A stretch of 64,000 nucleotides of DNA from Dictyostelium discoideum (Eukaryota), in contig CM000153.2 of assembly GCA_000004695.1 (NCBI GenBank), positions 1,248,001 to 1,312,000 of the forward strand. Direction: 5' to 3'. Below are positions 36,281 through 49,287 of the stretch, piece by piece. The translations under genes were made by a program, and so were the position numbers. The first letter of the stretch is position 1; every line of letters starts with the position of its first letter. Below the pieces are notes generated by a model. The model did no database searches. It saw nothing but the letters and a program-made list of their open reading frames with translations, and was not told where the DNA came from.

Positions 36281-39103
36281 ATGATATCATTAAAATTAAT
36301 AATTTTAAAATTTTTTATTTTAATTAAATTAATAAATTCATTACCATCAGAATTTAATGTTATTGGACCATTTCCAATTGGAGAAAGAGAGGAAGGATTA
36401 GATAGTTTAAAAGCATATGGTGGTATTTTTGAAATACCAATTGGAGATGATACAATGTATCCATCAGAATTGGGTACAAATGGAGTTGTTGGATGGGAAA
36501 AAGTACAATCAACAAGTGGTGGATATTTATCAATTGATTGGAGTGATATTGTTGATTGGTCATTTTTACAACAAACTTGGGGTTGGTCAATTTGGTTATG
36601 GTATGGATATGCCATTGGTTCATTCAATGTGGAAAATTCTGGTTCATACATTATCAATTGTTCAGGTACTAGACAATATTTCATTCAATCAACAACAACA
36701 ACAAACACCAACAATCAAATATTTGAATTCTCTGGTGATTTTTATGGATATGGTACAGGTCAACAATTAATTCACCTAAATCAATCAACAACTTATAATT
36801 TAATAGTTAGAATGCAAAGCTCAGTTAGATTATCACAATCACCTAATTCTCAATTTTCATGTTCTTTGACGCCAATTCAAAATAATCAATATATTACAGT
36901 TTTAAATTCTGAAACTTTAATTTCAGATTTAATAAATGGTGAATTAGCAACACCTTTTGCAACAATTACAATTTTTAATAATGGAATTTATAGTAATGAT
37001 AATAATGATAAAAATAATAATATTATTGATTTAATTAATGTTACAGTTAATAATAATACTCAATCAATAATTGATGTCAAATTATTAAATAATTCAAATT
37101 TAAATATATTAGCAGGTCAGAAAATGTCATTACCATTAGAGATTACAATTGGTTCACAAATTAATTGTCCATTTAATTTAACATTAAATATTGAATCAAA
37201 TGGAGAGATTATTGGTGAAACAGTAATTGAATTTAATTGTACAGAATGGGGTAATCCATATTTATATACATTTTTAGATTATGATAATACTGTTCAATAT
37301 GCAATTGCTATACCACCAACAGAATCATGTAGTGATAGTGAAGGTGAAACTATTTGTGGGGTAATGTTAGCAACACATGGTGCTGGTGTTGAAGCATCTT
37401 CACCATTTTGGATGAACGCTATACCACCACAACAATCATTATGGATTATTTTACCAACTGGAAGAAGATCATGGGGATATGATTGGGAATCATCTTCAAG
37501 ATTGAATGTAATGAGTTCAATTGACTACTTGGTAAACAATTTACCTGGTGTTCCAAATCAATTGAAATCACAATATCAAGTAAATGGTGAGAAAATCTTA
37601 TTCGTTGGTCATTCTTGTGGTGGTCATGGATGTGTTAGTCTTTTATCAAGATTTGGTGATATGGCAATTGGTGGAATGTGTGCTGCAGGTTTTGTTAAAC
37701 TTCAATTCTATGTTTTCTACAATACAAGACCTGGCTTCTCTTATATTGACCCTTCCCTACAGGGTTTATTAATGGCATCGATTGCAGAGAATGATAATGA
37801 TCTTTACACTTCAAATATTGTTGGTATACCATTGATGGTAAGGTATGGTGAAAATGATACCAATGTAAATCCTTGGCATAGTCGTAGAATTGCAAGAATG
37901 GTTGATGAACAATCCAATCAACTTTCATCAGTCACCATTAGTGAAGTACCAAACTCTGGACATTGGTTTGATGGCATATTGAATGACCAATATGTATTGA
38001 ATTGGTATAATCAATTGACAGAGAGTTCATTGTTTTCTCAACCACCAATACCAAAGGTGATAACAGTGACTAGTCATAATCCTTCATCATCAGGTTCAAG
38101 GGCAAATATTAAAATACTTCAAACTATAAACCCATCACGTGTTGCAAAGATTCAAATTGTTCAGATCAATAACGAACAAGGCGAGTTGGTTTGGATTTTA
38201 TCAACTCAAAATGTACGTAGATTTGGGTTTCAATCAACACCAATTCGTACCCAAGGTCTACCAATTAGTGTCACTATTGATGGTCAGCCATTTACAACTG
38301 AATTTTTACCAACAACTCATTTCGCAAGATTAGATAAATGGTTACCTGATTGGAATACAACCACCGATACAACTTGGACTCAAACTGAACGTTCACCATT
38401 AACCAGTGGTCCAATTCGTCAAATCTTTGAAAAACCATTTACAATTATTTATGGTACAAATTCAACAAATATTGATTTATTCCAATGGGGTTCAGTTTTT
38501 ATTTCAAACTTTTATAATACCTATGGACGTGGTTCACCAAATATTTTAGCAGATATTGATTTCGTTGAACCAGAGATTTGTTCCTCAAATGATAATTACA
38601 TTTTGTTGGGTAATAGTTTTCAAAATTTAGTTACCTCAAAATATCAATCATTATTACCAGTGGTTTTTAATTGGGATAACTCTTTTTCGGTGGGTCCATC
38701 CTCTCCATACTCTTATCCTGGTACTGGTATTTTATTTTTAGCTCCAAATCCATGTGGTCAAGGTTTAATTTTAGTAGTTGCTGGTTATGATGATCAAGGT
38801 TTTAATAATGCATTACATTCAATTCCACAACGTTCAGGTGTTTTAGTTCCTGATTTTATGGTAGTTGGTAATGATATTTGGAAAGGTAATTATTTATTTA
38901 TTTTAATTATTATTTTTATTTTTATTTTTTTTACTTTTAATTTAAAAACATACTAATCAATTATTTTTATTATTTTATTTTTTTTTATTTTTTTTATTTT
39001 TTTTTTAAAAAAAGGTGCTGGTGGTATCATTTCAACTGGCTTTTGGGATCCAAATTGGTTTGTTTCTTTAGATTCTTCTTATTTCGGTTTTACTCCATTT
39101 TAA
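36281..39103 (+). CDS. Large secreted alpha/beta-hydrolase-like protein (GHSxGG nucleophile motif); join(36281..38885,39015..39103)
   Basis: N-terminal signal peptide MISLKLIILKFFILIKLINSLP. Central ...GVMLATHGAGVEAS...KILFVGHSCGGHGCVSLLSRFGDMAIGGMCAAGFVK resembles GHSxGG esterase/lipase-type elbows. GTAATT donor at 38886 splits the G codon. A 128-nt AT-rich intron and acceptor aaaaaaag (39014) follow. The last exon is GAGGIISTGFWDPNWFVSLDSSYFGFTPF*. Confidence 0.5.
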
Positions 39104-39652
39104 AAAAAAAATAATAAATAAATTGTAAATTTTAAAATTAAAAATATCTAAATCAATTTATTTTATTTTTTTGTTTTATTTTATTTTATTTTATTTCATT
39201 TTTATTTTATTTTATTTATTTTATTTTTTTTTATTTTTTTTTTTTTTTATTTTTTTTTAGTTTTTTTTTTTTACATAAACAAAAAAAAAAAATAACTGTT
39301 TTTTCATTTCCATGATTCGATTTTTAAATTTAAATTTGGAACACTTTTTTTTTTAAAATTTTATTTACATTCGTTCCATTCGTCTTTTTGAAATAAAGAT
39401 ATTTTCAATGGAAGCAAAAACAAAAAAAAATAAAATAAAATAAAATAAAAACTTAAAAAAAAAATAAAACAAAAAAAAATAAAAATTAAAAAAAAAAAAA
39501 AATATAAATTAAAAAAAAAATCTTTTTTTTTTAATTTTTTTTAATTACTTTTCAGTTTCAAACTCATCGACCCCACTATTGTTTTTTTTATTTTTTTTAT
39601 ACTTTTTTCTGTTTTAGATATATAATTTTTTTTTTTCAGATATTTTAAAAAA

Positions 39653-40744
39653 ATGGTTGAAATAAAAGATAAAGAAATTAATAATAATAATAATTATAGT
39701 AAAAAAATTATATTAGCCGTTGGTGGTGTTACAGTTGGTAGTATCTTTGGATATGCATTACAAAAAGGTAATGTTTATTTACCAAGTGTAATTCAAGGAC
39801 AAATGAATTTTACCAATTTTACAATGTTAAAAATGTTTATGACAGCATCTTTAACATCATCATTGGCAATAACATTTTTAAAATCTCAAAAATTAATTGT
39901 ACTTGAAAAGTCTTCAACAATGTATAAAAGAAATATAATTGGTGGATTTATAATGGGATCTGGTATATCATTGACTGGTGCATGTCCAGGCACTGTTTTA
40001 GCTCAAATACCACAAATCAATGGTACTTTATGGACTTTATTGGGTGGTGTTGTTGGTGCAACTCTATTTGGTTTTGTCAATAGTTACATTTCAAAATTAT
40101 TACCATCAACTCAACCAACTTCAAAATCCTCAACCACTGTTTATGAGAAATTTAAGATTTCAATGTCAAAAGCAACAATACCATTCTCAATTATGATTGC
40201 ACTTGTACTCTATTTAATTGAATCTAAATTTCCATGGCAAGTTGATAGTGGTGTATCAAAGAGTATCTCAATATTTGGTTCTATCAGTGAGAGTAAAGTT
40301 TGGTCACCTTATGTTGCTGGTATCACTATTGGCTTATTACAAATCCCAAGTTTCTTGATTTCAAATACGGGTTTAGGTTGTAGTTCTGCATATGTTACAG
40401 TTGGCTCAAAAGTTTGTAATGCCGTTAGTTGTACCGTAGATTACTTTAAAAGTTTTAATACAACCGTTCGTTCAATTTATGGTCCACTATTAAATTTAGG
40501 TATCATTGGTGGTGCTTATTTGGCTTCTCGTTCAAATCCTGCTCCTTTAATTGAACAACTCAATAATCAATCAACTCTAAATCACTTTTTAGGTGGTTTT
40601 GTTTTATTATTTGGTGCTCGTCTTAATGGTGGATGTACTTCAAATGGTTTAACCTCGATGGGTAAATTAGAATTTAGTAGTTTCGTTACAATGGCCTCAA
40701 TGTTTGCTGGAGGTGTTTTAACCTCTTATTTTTTGAATAAATAA
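39653..40744 (+). CDS. YeeE/YedE (TsuA-like, Sulf_transp/DUF395) family polytopic membrane protein
   Basis: Track ORF 363 aa. Two internally repeated halves each carry the family's Gly-rich Cys motif: GGFIMGSGISLTGACPGTVLAQI and GGFVLLFGARLNGGCTSNGLTSMG. The protein is highly hydrophobic throughout. Codon usage is AT-rich host-like. Confidence 0.5.
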   Translation: MVEIKDKEINNNNNYSKKIILAVGGVTVGSIFGYALQKGNVYLPSVIQGQMNFTNFTMLKMFMTASLTSSLAITFLKSQKLIVLEKSSTMYKRNIIGGFIMGSGISLTGACPGTVLAQIPQINGTLWTLLGGVVGATLFGFVNSYISKLLPSTQPTSKSSTTVYEKFKISMSKATIPFSIMIALVLYLIESKFPWQVDSGVSKSISIFGSISESKVWSPYVAGITIGLLQIPSFLISNTGLGCSSAYVTVGSKVCNAVSCTVDYFKSFNTTVRSIYGPLLNLGIIGGAYLASRSNPAPLIEQLNNQSTLNHFLGGFVLLFGARLNGGCTSNGLTSMGKLEFSSFVTMASMFAGGVLTSYFLNK

Positions 40745-40795
40745 AAAAATAAAATAAAAAATAAAATAAAAAATAAAAAAATTAATTAATTAAAA

Positions 40796-40945
40796 AAAAT
40801 ATATTCTTTTAACAGATATTATTTAATACTCATAGATATCATATAAATAATTAAATAAAATAAAAAAATTAAAATAAATTTGATAATTAAAAAAAAAAAA
40901 TATATTAATAGATATTATTTAATACTCATAGATATAGGGATGATA
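40796..40945. repeat. Direct repeat (about 45 bp: ..atat[t/a]..agatattatttaatactcatagatat..) x2, 100 bp apart, just 3' of the YeeE-like gene
   Basis: 40797-40845 aaaaaatatattcttttaacagatattatttaatactcatagatatc. 40896-40945 aaaaaaaaaatatattaatagatattatttaatactcatagatatag. Confidence 0.8.
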
Positions 40946-41222
40946 AAAATAATTTCAAATTAATTAAAAAAAAAAAAAAAAAAAAGGAATCTACAAAATC
41001 TGATCTGATTATAAAATTTTATTTTTTTAAAAGAAAAAAATTCGTTCAATGTAGTTAAAACAAAAATAAAAATTGAGGTATTTAACCGAAAAAAAGAGGT
41101 TTTTTTTTTTTTTTTTTTTTTTTTATTAAAAATAATTTTTTTAAATTTTTTTATTGTTTTCTTATAAAAACGATTGGTTTTAGAATCAATCAGCATGCCC
41201 AAAAAAAAAAAAAAACCTTTTG

Positions 41223-41258
<36 letters not shown>

Positions 41259-41306
41259 CTTTATTTTATTTTATTTTTTTTTTGTTATGTATTATATATA
41301 TAAAGA

Positions 41307-44300
41307 ATGAGTATAATAAAATTTAATAATAATAGTTTATTTTTATTAATATTTTTATTATTCCATGTTTCATTATCTCTCTCGGCTTTTGACCAACAAC
41401 AACGTAACCAATCAACACTCACTTTCGTTTTTTCAATTTTCTTTTTTCAATTTTTTCTAATTTTTATTTTTTTTTTATTTTTATTTTTAGAAATATCTAT
41501 CGATACACTTATAGGTGTTTATAATTTACCTCCTATAGAAAATAATAATTATTGTGGATTACCAGATAATTTCAAATGTGATATAAATCAAACCACTATA
41601 TTATCAATGTTTGTATTTAAATTATTCTTAGATTTAATTTCATTAAATAATTATTAATTATTGATTATTAAAAAAAAAAAAAAAAAAAAAAGAAATTTAA
41701 GTGGTTCTGAAACAAATAAACCAGTTTTTCCCGATCAAATAATCGGAACATTTAAAAATGTTTCTGAAATTAAAATTTCAAATTCTAATGTCTCATTAGA
41801 TTTTTTTAAAGAATACCCAAATACTTTGTCTACTTTGACATTAGAAAGTTGTGGTATTCCAAATTTCCCACCATCACTAAAAACTTTAAAAAATTTATAT
41901 ATGTACGATTTACTTTTTAGTGGTAATATAACAACAACTTCAATTAATTTTTTAAGTATATTGTAGGTTATTTTTTATTATTTTTATTATTATTTTTTAT
42001 TTATTATTTTATTTTTTTTTTCCTTTCCTTTATCGTTTATTTATTCTAATGAGGAAATAAACTTTTAATATTTTTAATAAATTTTTTAATATTATTTTAT
42101 TTTTTAAAAAATAAATTATCATTTATACTAATAATAACTCTTTTTTTTAAATAGTAAATTAAAATATTCATCAAGTGATCTAATAAGTGATTACCAATTT
42201 ATAAATGATGGTAATAGTGGTGCTACAAAAACCCAAGTAATTTATGAAATAACGATGAACAATATTCATAAATTTTCTAAAAATTCTTTTGCTGAAGTGT
42301 ATGTTCTTTATTTTCTTTTATTTACTACCAACTACTACTATCATTACCAATTATTAATATTATTAAATATAATTTAGAACAATTATTTTAGGAAAATATT
42401 TCAATCCTGATGGTTTAGTAAATTTACAAACAATAAATTCAGCAAAGTTAACAATGATTGATATTGGTCATTTTAATATGCCTATGAATGTGGATGGTCT
42501 TTTCACTTTTAATGGAGCTCAATTAAATTTTAAAAATATTCATTTTAATTTACCAAATGATAAAGATAATTTAGATTTCACAAATAGTACAAAACTATTT
42601 ACTCAAATGGAAATTAATAATTGTACTGGTTTAATAAATTCAACTGGTGATTTAAGAGTTTTACTTAGTAGTGGTATTAAATTTTTGTAAGTTTCTATAT
42701 TTATTATTTTTTTATATATTTTATTTTTTTAAAAAAACTAATTAATTATTATTATTATTATTTAGAGGAATTATAAAGTCAAATTTAATTAAATTACCAC
42801 CATTATCATTTTATTATGGTAAATTAAATGTGTTTGGATTAAAAGGTAATAGAATTACTGGATCATTACCAGATATACCAGAACCAAATGATAAACAACA
42901 AACCATTACACTTGATTTCTCTGAAAATTTATTTACAGGTTCAATACCGCAAAATTATTGTTATCATTATGTGAATATTTCAAATAATTTTTTAGATGGT
43001 CAATTACCAATGTGTTTTATTTGTATATTAAATGATTATTATTTAAGATCGATTGTTGATAATAATGATTTCCCAAATTTTAGCAGAGGTTCAATTAGTA
43101 ATTTCCCACAATGTACTGGTATATCATTTTCAAGTAAATTACCAATTACATCGGGTGGTAATAGTATTGTAAATGGTACAAATTTTGGTTGGAATTCTTT
43201 AAATCCTAAATATTCTCCATATTCAATTACATCAAATCCAAATTTAGATTTATTACTATCAATTCCAAATAAACAAATTTCCATTGGTGTTGTATCATAT
43301 GAAGAATTTGAAATTTTTAAAAAAACAAATTTCACAAGTAATGTTTTCTTTTCAATTCCAAACATTACAATTAAAGTAGAATTGGATGTTTTAAAGCCAG
43401 TGATTAAAGAAGTTCGTTCTTATCCATATTTTAATTCAGGTTATGGTTTTATGATTCTTGGTACTGGTTTCTCTTATCAATCAGAATCTTCATCACAAAC
43501 TATTGTAACATTTGGTAATTATAAATGTTCTTTGGTTTCATCTAGTGGTAATTTCATTGAATGTATAGTTTATGAAAAACAATTGGCCGAAAGAGTTTAT
43601 ACCATTACAGTGAATAATAATCAAACTTTTCTATCTGGTGATTATCAATTTAAATTCCAAAGAACTTATCCATACATTACTGCTATTAATCCACCAACTA
43701 CCAATGGTGGTGTTGTAGTGGTTTTTGGTAGTTATGGTCCAAATCATACAGTTGTTGATCTATTGATTGGTCAACAACAATGTAATATAGAAACTATGAA
43801 TTCATCGGTTATCATATGTTCAATTGGTGGTGGTTCAGGTGTTCAAAATATAAGTTTAACAGTTGATGGTGTAAATTGGTTTGGACTTGAATATTTTAGA
43901 TATAAAGATCAAGAATTGACATGTCCAGGTACACCTCCTTGTAGTGGTAATGGTGATTGTTTAAATGGTTATTGCGTTTGTGATGGTGGTTTTGGTGGTG
44001 AAATTTGTAAACAACTTTTCACTGATGATCCTGTAGTTAGAAGGAATGATACCCTAACACAGATGATTAAGAATGGTTATTCATTTGGTTTTTCAATTAC
44101 AGATATTAGAGAAATTGATTTCAATGGTAAAACAGTTAGACAACATAATTTCACAAGTTGGTCATTAACGCCAGATTCAACCATTTTGAAATGGACTTAT
44201 GTAAATTACTATAGTGGTGGTGGTGAACAAAATTCAATCATTTCATATACAATTGAACAAATTACAGGTACAGCAAAAACTTTTACATTTGCAGGTGAAC

Positions 44301-44881
44301 AATTTACACTTCAACCTGGTTCTTTAAAATTATCAGCAAACATTTCAAATTGGGAATATTTAGGACCACTTAATACTCTACAACTTCAAATTCAATCATC
44401 AGTTAAAGTAGATGCAGCACAAGATGAGAATGAATGTCATCAAAAATCAAATATCAATTCAAATGGTGATGGTGTATCATTAAATTATATTACTATTCAA
44501 AAAGATAAAAATGTATTCAGTGGTAGATTCATTGATAAGGTACTCTCTGATGGTAGACCTACCTTTTCAAAAGTTTCAATCTCTGAACAAACAGAAGATT
44601 CAATCACAGTTTCAATATCATTACCTTATTGTAAAGAATGTTTAATTGACCCTGATTTCTCTGTACTTTTATCTCAAGATGATTCAATCAATTCTTGTGG
44701 TGGAAGCTCTTCAAGATTAAAATGGGTAATACCAACAAGTATTATCTTGGGTTTATTAGGTATCATTGGTATTGCAATTGGTGCTTATTTCTTACTAAGA
44801 AATAGACTTTATGTATCTCGTTCTGGTGTAATTGTTTTAAAAAAATCAACAAAGAGTTCTTCTGATTCTTCTCGTGCTTAA
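41307..44881 (+). CDS. Type I membrane receptor-like protein: signal peptide, leucine-rich repeats, TIG/Ig-like beta-rich region, EGF-like module (CSGNGDCLNGYCVCDGGFGGEIC), TM, short tail; multi-exon (tandem paralog A)
   Basis: Exon 1 MSIIKFNNNSLFLLIFLLFHVSLSLSAFDQQQ (donor gtaacc). Exon 2 ISIDTLIGVYNLPPIENNNYCGLPDNFKCDINQTTILSM (donor gtttgt). Then LRR exons (..KISNSNVSLDFFKEYPNTLSTLTLESCGIPNFPP.., ..LDFSENLFTGSIPQNYCYHYVNISNNFLDGQLPMCFIC..). The large last exon 42830..44881 ends ...KWVIPTSIILGLLGIIGIAIGAYFLLRNRLYVSRSG.. Internal exon boundaries were not all resolved. Confidence 0.5.
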
Positions 44882-45217
44882 AAAAAAGACAAAAAAAAAA
44901 AGATAAAAATAAATAGATATTTATTTCAATCACCCAAATCGATTTTGTGGTATTTTTTTTTTTTTTTTTTTTGGATAAAAAAAAAGTAGAAATTTCTAGC
45001 TCGGAATAGTGAAAAGTTTTTTTTTTTTGCATTGTTCTGTATAACCTTTAAAAAATGTTTGGAGGTTTTTTTTAAAAAATTCCAATAAACAAATAGATAT
45101 TTTCTTAGATATTTTTTTTTTTTTTTTTATCGAAAAACAAAATATTTTTTTTTTTTTTTTTTTTATTCTCTATTTTCTTTTTTTTTTTTATTTTTTTATT
45201 TTTTTTTAAAACACAAA

Positions 45218-45540
45218 ATGAAATTTGGGACTTTCTTTTTATTTTTATTTTTGTTTATTTCAATTTCATCATGTGAATTACCTTTAAAAGAAAGTAAGAT
45301 TTTTTATTTCACCAACATTCCCCAAAAAAATTATTCTAATCACAAAAAAAAAAAAAAAAAAAAATTTAAAAATTGATAGAGCAAGCAATAGATACTTTAT
45401 TACAAATATATGGTTTAAATTTAATAAACGGTGATTATTGTGGTTCACCCCAATATTTTGTGTGTAATTTTGAAAACACAACGATTACAGAAATGTATTT
45501 ATCAATTTTTAATTTTAAATAATTTAATACCCATCATCCC

Positions 45541-45572
<32 letters not shown>

Positions 45573-46138
45573 CTTTCAATAGTTCATTAAGTGGTAATGA
45601 AATTAATAAAACTATTTTCCCAGATGGAGTAATTGGTAATTTTAGTTTTATAAATAAAGTAAAATTATCAAATTCAAATATCTCAAATGCTTTTTTTAGT
45701 GAATTACAAACCACAAGAAATTTTCAATTTGATAATTGTTTTATTCCAAAATTTCCAACATTCCTCCCCTATGTCCAAGTATTATATATGAATGATGTAT
45801 TTTTTAATGGTAATATAAATTATTCATCATTTTCAGCTATCGGTAATTTGTAATTATTATTATTATTATTATTAATATTATTATTTATTAAAATTATTGT
45901 TTTAGATTCCTAACATTTTTTTTTAATTTTTTATTATTTTTTTTTTTAAAAAAAAAGTACATTGATTTATTCTTCAGGTGATTTAATGACAGATTATCAA
46001 TTGATTGATGATTCACCACTTTATTTTGTTATTTCAAACATTAAAATCGTATTAAATAATATTATAGATTTTCAGTATTCACTTCAAAAAATGTAAATAT
46101 TTAATTATTATAAATAACAACTATTTTATTCCTTTTTT

Positions 46139-46176
<38 letters not shown>

Positions 46177-46573
46177 AAAAAAGAGAAATTTATTTAGGAA
46201 AATATTTTAATAATAGTGATAGTTTTAGAAATATGAGCTTCACTGGTGGCCCAATTTTCATTAGTGATTTGTACTATAATAAACCTATCGAAATTACAAA
46301 TTTAATTGGTCAAAGTGTAATATTAAATTTTGCTAATGTCCAGTTTAGTTTACCGGATAATAGCTACATGGATTTTACTTTCCATTTGGTTAGTTCTTTG
46401 TTTGTATTATTATTTTATTATGGTTATTTTGTTTTTAAATTTTTTTTTTTTATTTTTTTTTTTACTAATAATAAAACCACATCAGAATTTTTACTAATTG
46501 CTCAGGATTAACAAATTCAAATGGTGATTTAATGATAAAAATAGGAAGTGTTAAAACTTTGTAATTATTATTA

Positions 46574-46643
<70 letters not shown>

Positions 46644-46648
46644 TTTAA

Positions 46649-46679
<31 letters not shown>

Positions 46680-48843
46680 AGAACAATAACCAATTCGAAA
46701 TTAAAAAAGATACCTCCATTTTCATTTTATAAAACTTTATCTTCATTGGATATTAGTAAAAATAATATTATAGGTCAGATACCTGAATTATATGAACCAA
46801 TGAATGCATCACAAATAATTGGTATTAATTTAAGTGGAAATAAAATAAGTGGTGAATTAAATCAAAATCATTGTTATCACAATTTAAATATATCCAATAA
46901 CCAATTAACAGGTAAACTTCCAATGTGTTTTATATGTCAATTAAATGATCCACTATTAAGATATAGAATAAATGGAAATAATTTTGAAAATTATATTAGT
47001 AATAGTGAAAATAATTTTCCAATTTGTTCAGGCATATCATTTATTGGGGATGCTTTGATAGAAGTTGGAACAACTAATTCATTTATTAATGGAACTAATT
47101 TAGGATGGGAATCTATATATTATAGTATTCCAGGACAAATATTAAGTGATCCATTGGGATTATTTTTTTCAGTGGAGATTCCAAATAAAGTTTTAAGAAT
47201 TTCAGATCCAAAAAAATTATTCCCAATTGATAAAGCAATTGTGAATTTCGCAATTCCAAATATAAATGTTACAATGCATTTTAAATACTCTGAACCAAAA
47301 GTATATGCTATTACAGTGTATCCATATTATAATCTTGGTTATTTATTTTTAATTAATGGTGCTTCATTTCCATCCCAAAATAGCACTTCCTCAAGAGTTT
47401 CTGTAAAATTTGACAATTTTGATTGTGAACCAACAATAGTTGCCGGTATTGTTATTGAATGTATTGTATATAAATCTCAGTTAGCTGAAAAAATCTATAC
47501 AGTATCGATAACCAATGAACAAACTAGAAAAACTGGTTTTTCTAAATATAAATTTGAAAGAGTTTATCCTTTTGTTTATGCATATAGCTCACCAACGAAA
47601 ATTGGTGGTGTTGTAACATTTTTTGGAAGTTATGGGTCAGTCTTTACCAATGCAACTATTAAAATTGGAAAAGGTACATGTGAAATTATCAATATAAACT
47701 CAACAGTAATTACATGTAACCTAGCAGGAGCTAATTCAATTGGTCCAAGTCCTGCAAATGTTAGTATAACAATTAATCAAGTTAATTGGTTTGTAAATGA
47801 TTATTTCATTTATAATGAAGATAATATATGTCCAGGAACACCAGAATGTAGTGGCAATGGTATTTGTTTTAGTGGTTATTGTGCATGTTCAAATGGTTAT
47901 TCTGGTATTAAATGTGATAAAAGTAAGTAGTTTATTTAATTAATAATTAATAAATAATTAATATAATAATAATAAAAATAAATATTAATTTTTATTTATT
48001 TATTTAATAGTTTTTACAGGCGATATAGAGGTTAAAAAGAATGATACTTTAACAGAAATGATAAAGAATGGTTATTCATTTGGTTTTTCAATTAGAGATA
48101 TTAGAGAAATTGATTTCGATGGTAAAACAGTTAGACAACATAATTTCACAAGTTGGACATTAACACCAGATTCAACGATTATGAAATGGACTTATGTAAA
48201 TAAATTTGAAAATTCAATCATTTCATATACAGTAGAACAAATTACAGGTGCACCAAAGAATTATACATTTGCAGGTGAACAATTTACACTTCAACCTGGT
48301 TCTTTAAAATTATCAGCAAACATTTCAAATTGGGAATATTTAGGATCACTAAATACTCTACAACTTCAAATTCATTCTTCAGTTAAAGCTCAACAAGAGA
48401 ATGAATGTGAACAAAAATCTGAAATTCAATCAAATGGTAATGGTGTATCATTAAATTATATTACTATTCAAAAAGATAAAAATGTATTCAGTGGTAGATT
48501 CATAGATAAGGTGGTTTCAGATGGTAGACCTACCTTTTCAAAAGTTTCAATCTCTGAACAAACTGAAGATTCAATCACAGTTTCAATATCATTACCTTAT
48601 TGTAAAGAATGTTTAATTGATCCTGATTTCTCTGTAATGATCAATCCAAATCCAATATTTAATCCATGTGACAATGATCAACCTTCTAATTTAAAATGGA
48701 TTATACCTGTTAGTGTAATATTAGGTTTGTTAGGTTTGTTTGCTATTTTTGTAATAGTTTTCTTTTTAGCACGTGATCGTATTTATATCTCTAAAAAAGG
48801 TGGAATTATTTTATTAAAAAAACAAAAAAAAACATCAACATAA
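45218..48843 (+). CDS. Tandem paralog B of the LRR + TIG/EGF-like receptor-like gene; multi-exon, last exon 48010..48843
   Basis: MKFGTFFLFLFLFISISSCELPLKE|GTAAGA; ..EQAIDTLLQIYGLNLINGDYCGSPQYFVCNFENTTITEM|gtattt; LRR exons at 45580..45851 and 46685..47930 (..LDISKNNIIGQIPELY..NISNNQLTGKLPMCFICQLND.. EGF-like CSGNGICFSGYCACSNGYSGIKC). The C-terminal exon is about 90% identical in protein to paralog A (MIKNGYSFGFSI[TR]DIREIDF[ND]GKTVRQHNFTSW...), whereas the N-terminal parts are only 30-40% identical. A 30-unit (TTA)n lies in an intron at 46571-46650. Confidence 0.5.
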
Positions 48844-49287
48844 AATAAATAAATAATTTTTTAAATTAAATTTGAATTAAATACAATTTATTGATTTTAT
48901 TATAATAAATAAAAATCTTTTTTTTTTTTTTTTTTGTGGATATCACGATTGTTGATCTTTATAAAATTTTTTTATAATAATTAAATTAAAAAATCCTTTT
49001 TTTATTTTATTTTTTTTTTTATTTGCAGTGTTTATAAAAAATCTTTTTTTGTTATGGAATTATCAAGAGAACAATTTTTTTATTTTTTTTTTATTTTTTT
49101 ATTTTTTTTATTTGTGTTTGAAAATTCAAAATGGAAAAGTCAGTAGAAATTTTATTTTTATTTTTATTTTTATTTTTATTTTTTTTTTTTAGTCCATTTT
49201 TTTTTTTTTTTAAAAAAGATTTTTTTTTTTTTTTTTTTATTTTCATTTTCTGCAGTAATAATAAAATCAAATAAAAAAAAATATAAA

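Noticed and set aside
36175-36684. 169-aa minus-strand ORF overlapping the start of the secreted hydrolase gene
   Set aside because: The N-terminal part is coding-like only because it is antisense to a real exon. The rest is poly-K/F from A/T tracts. The plus-strand gene has a signal peptide and long domain support.
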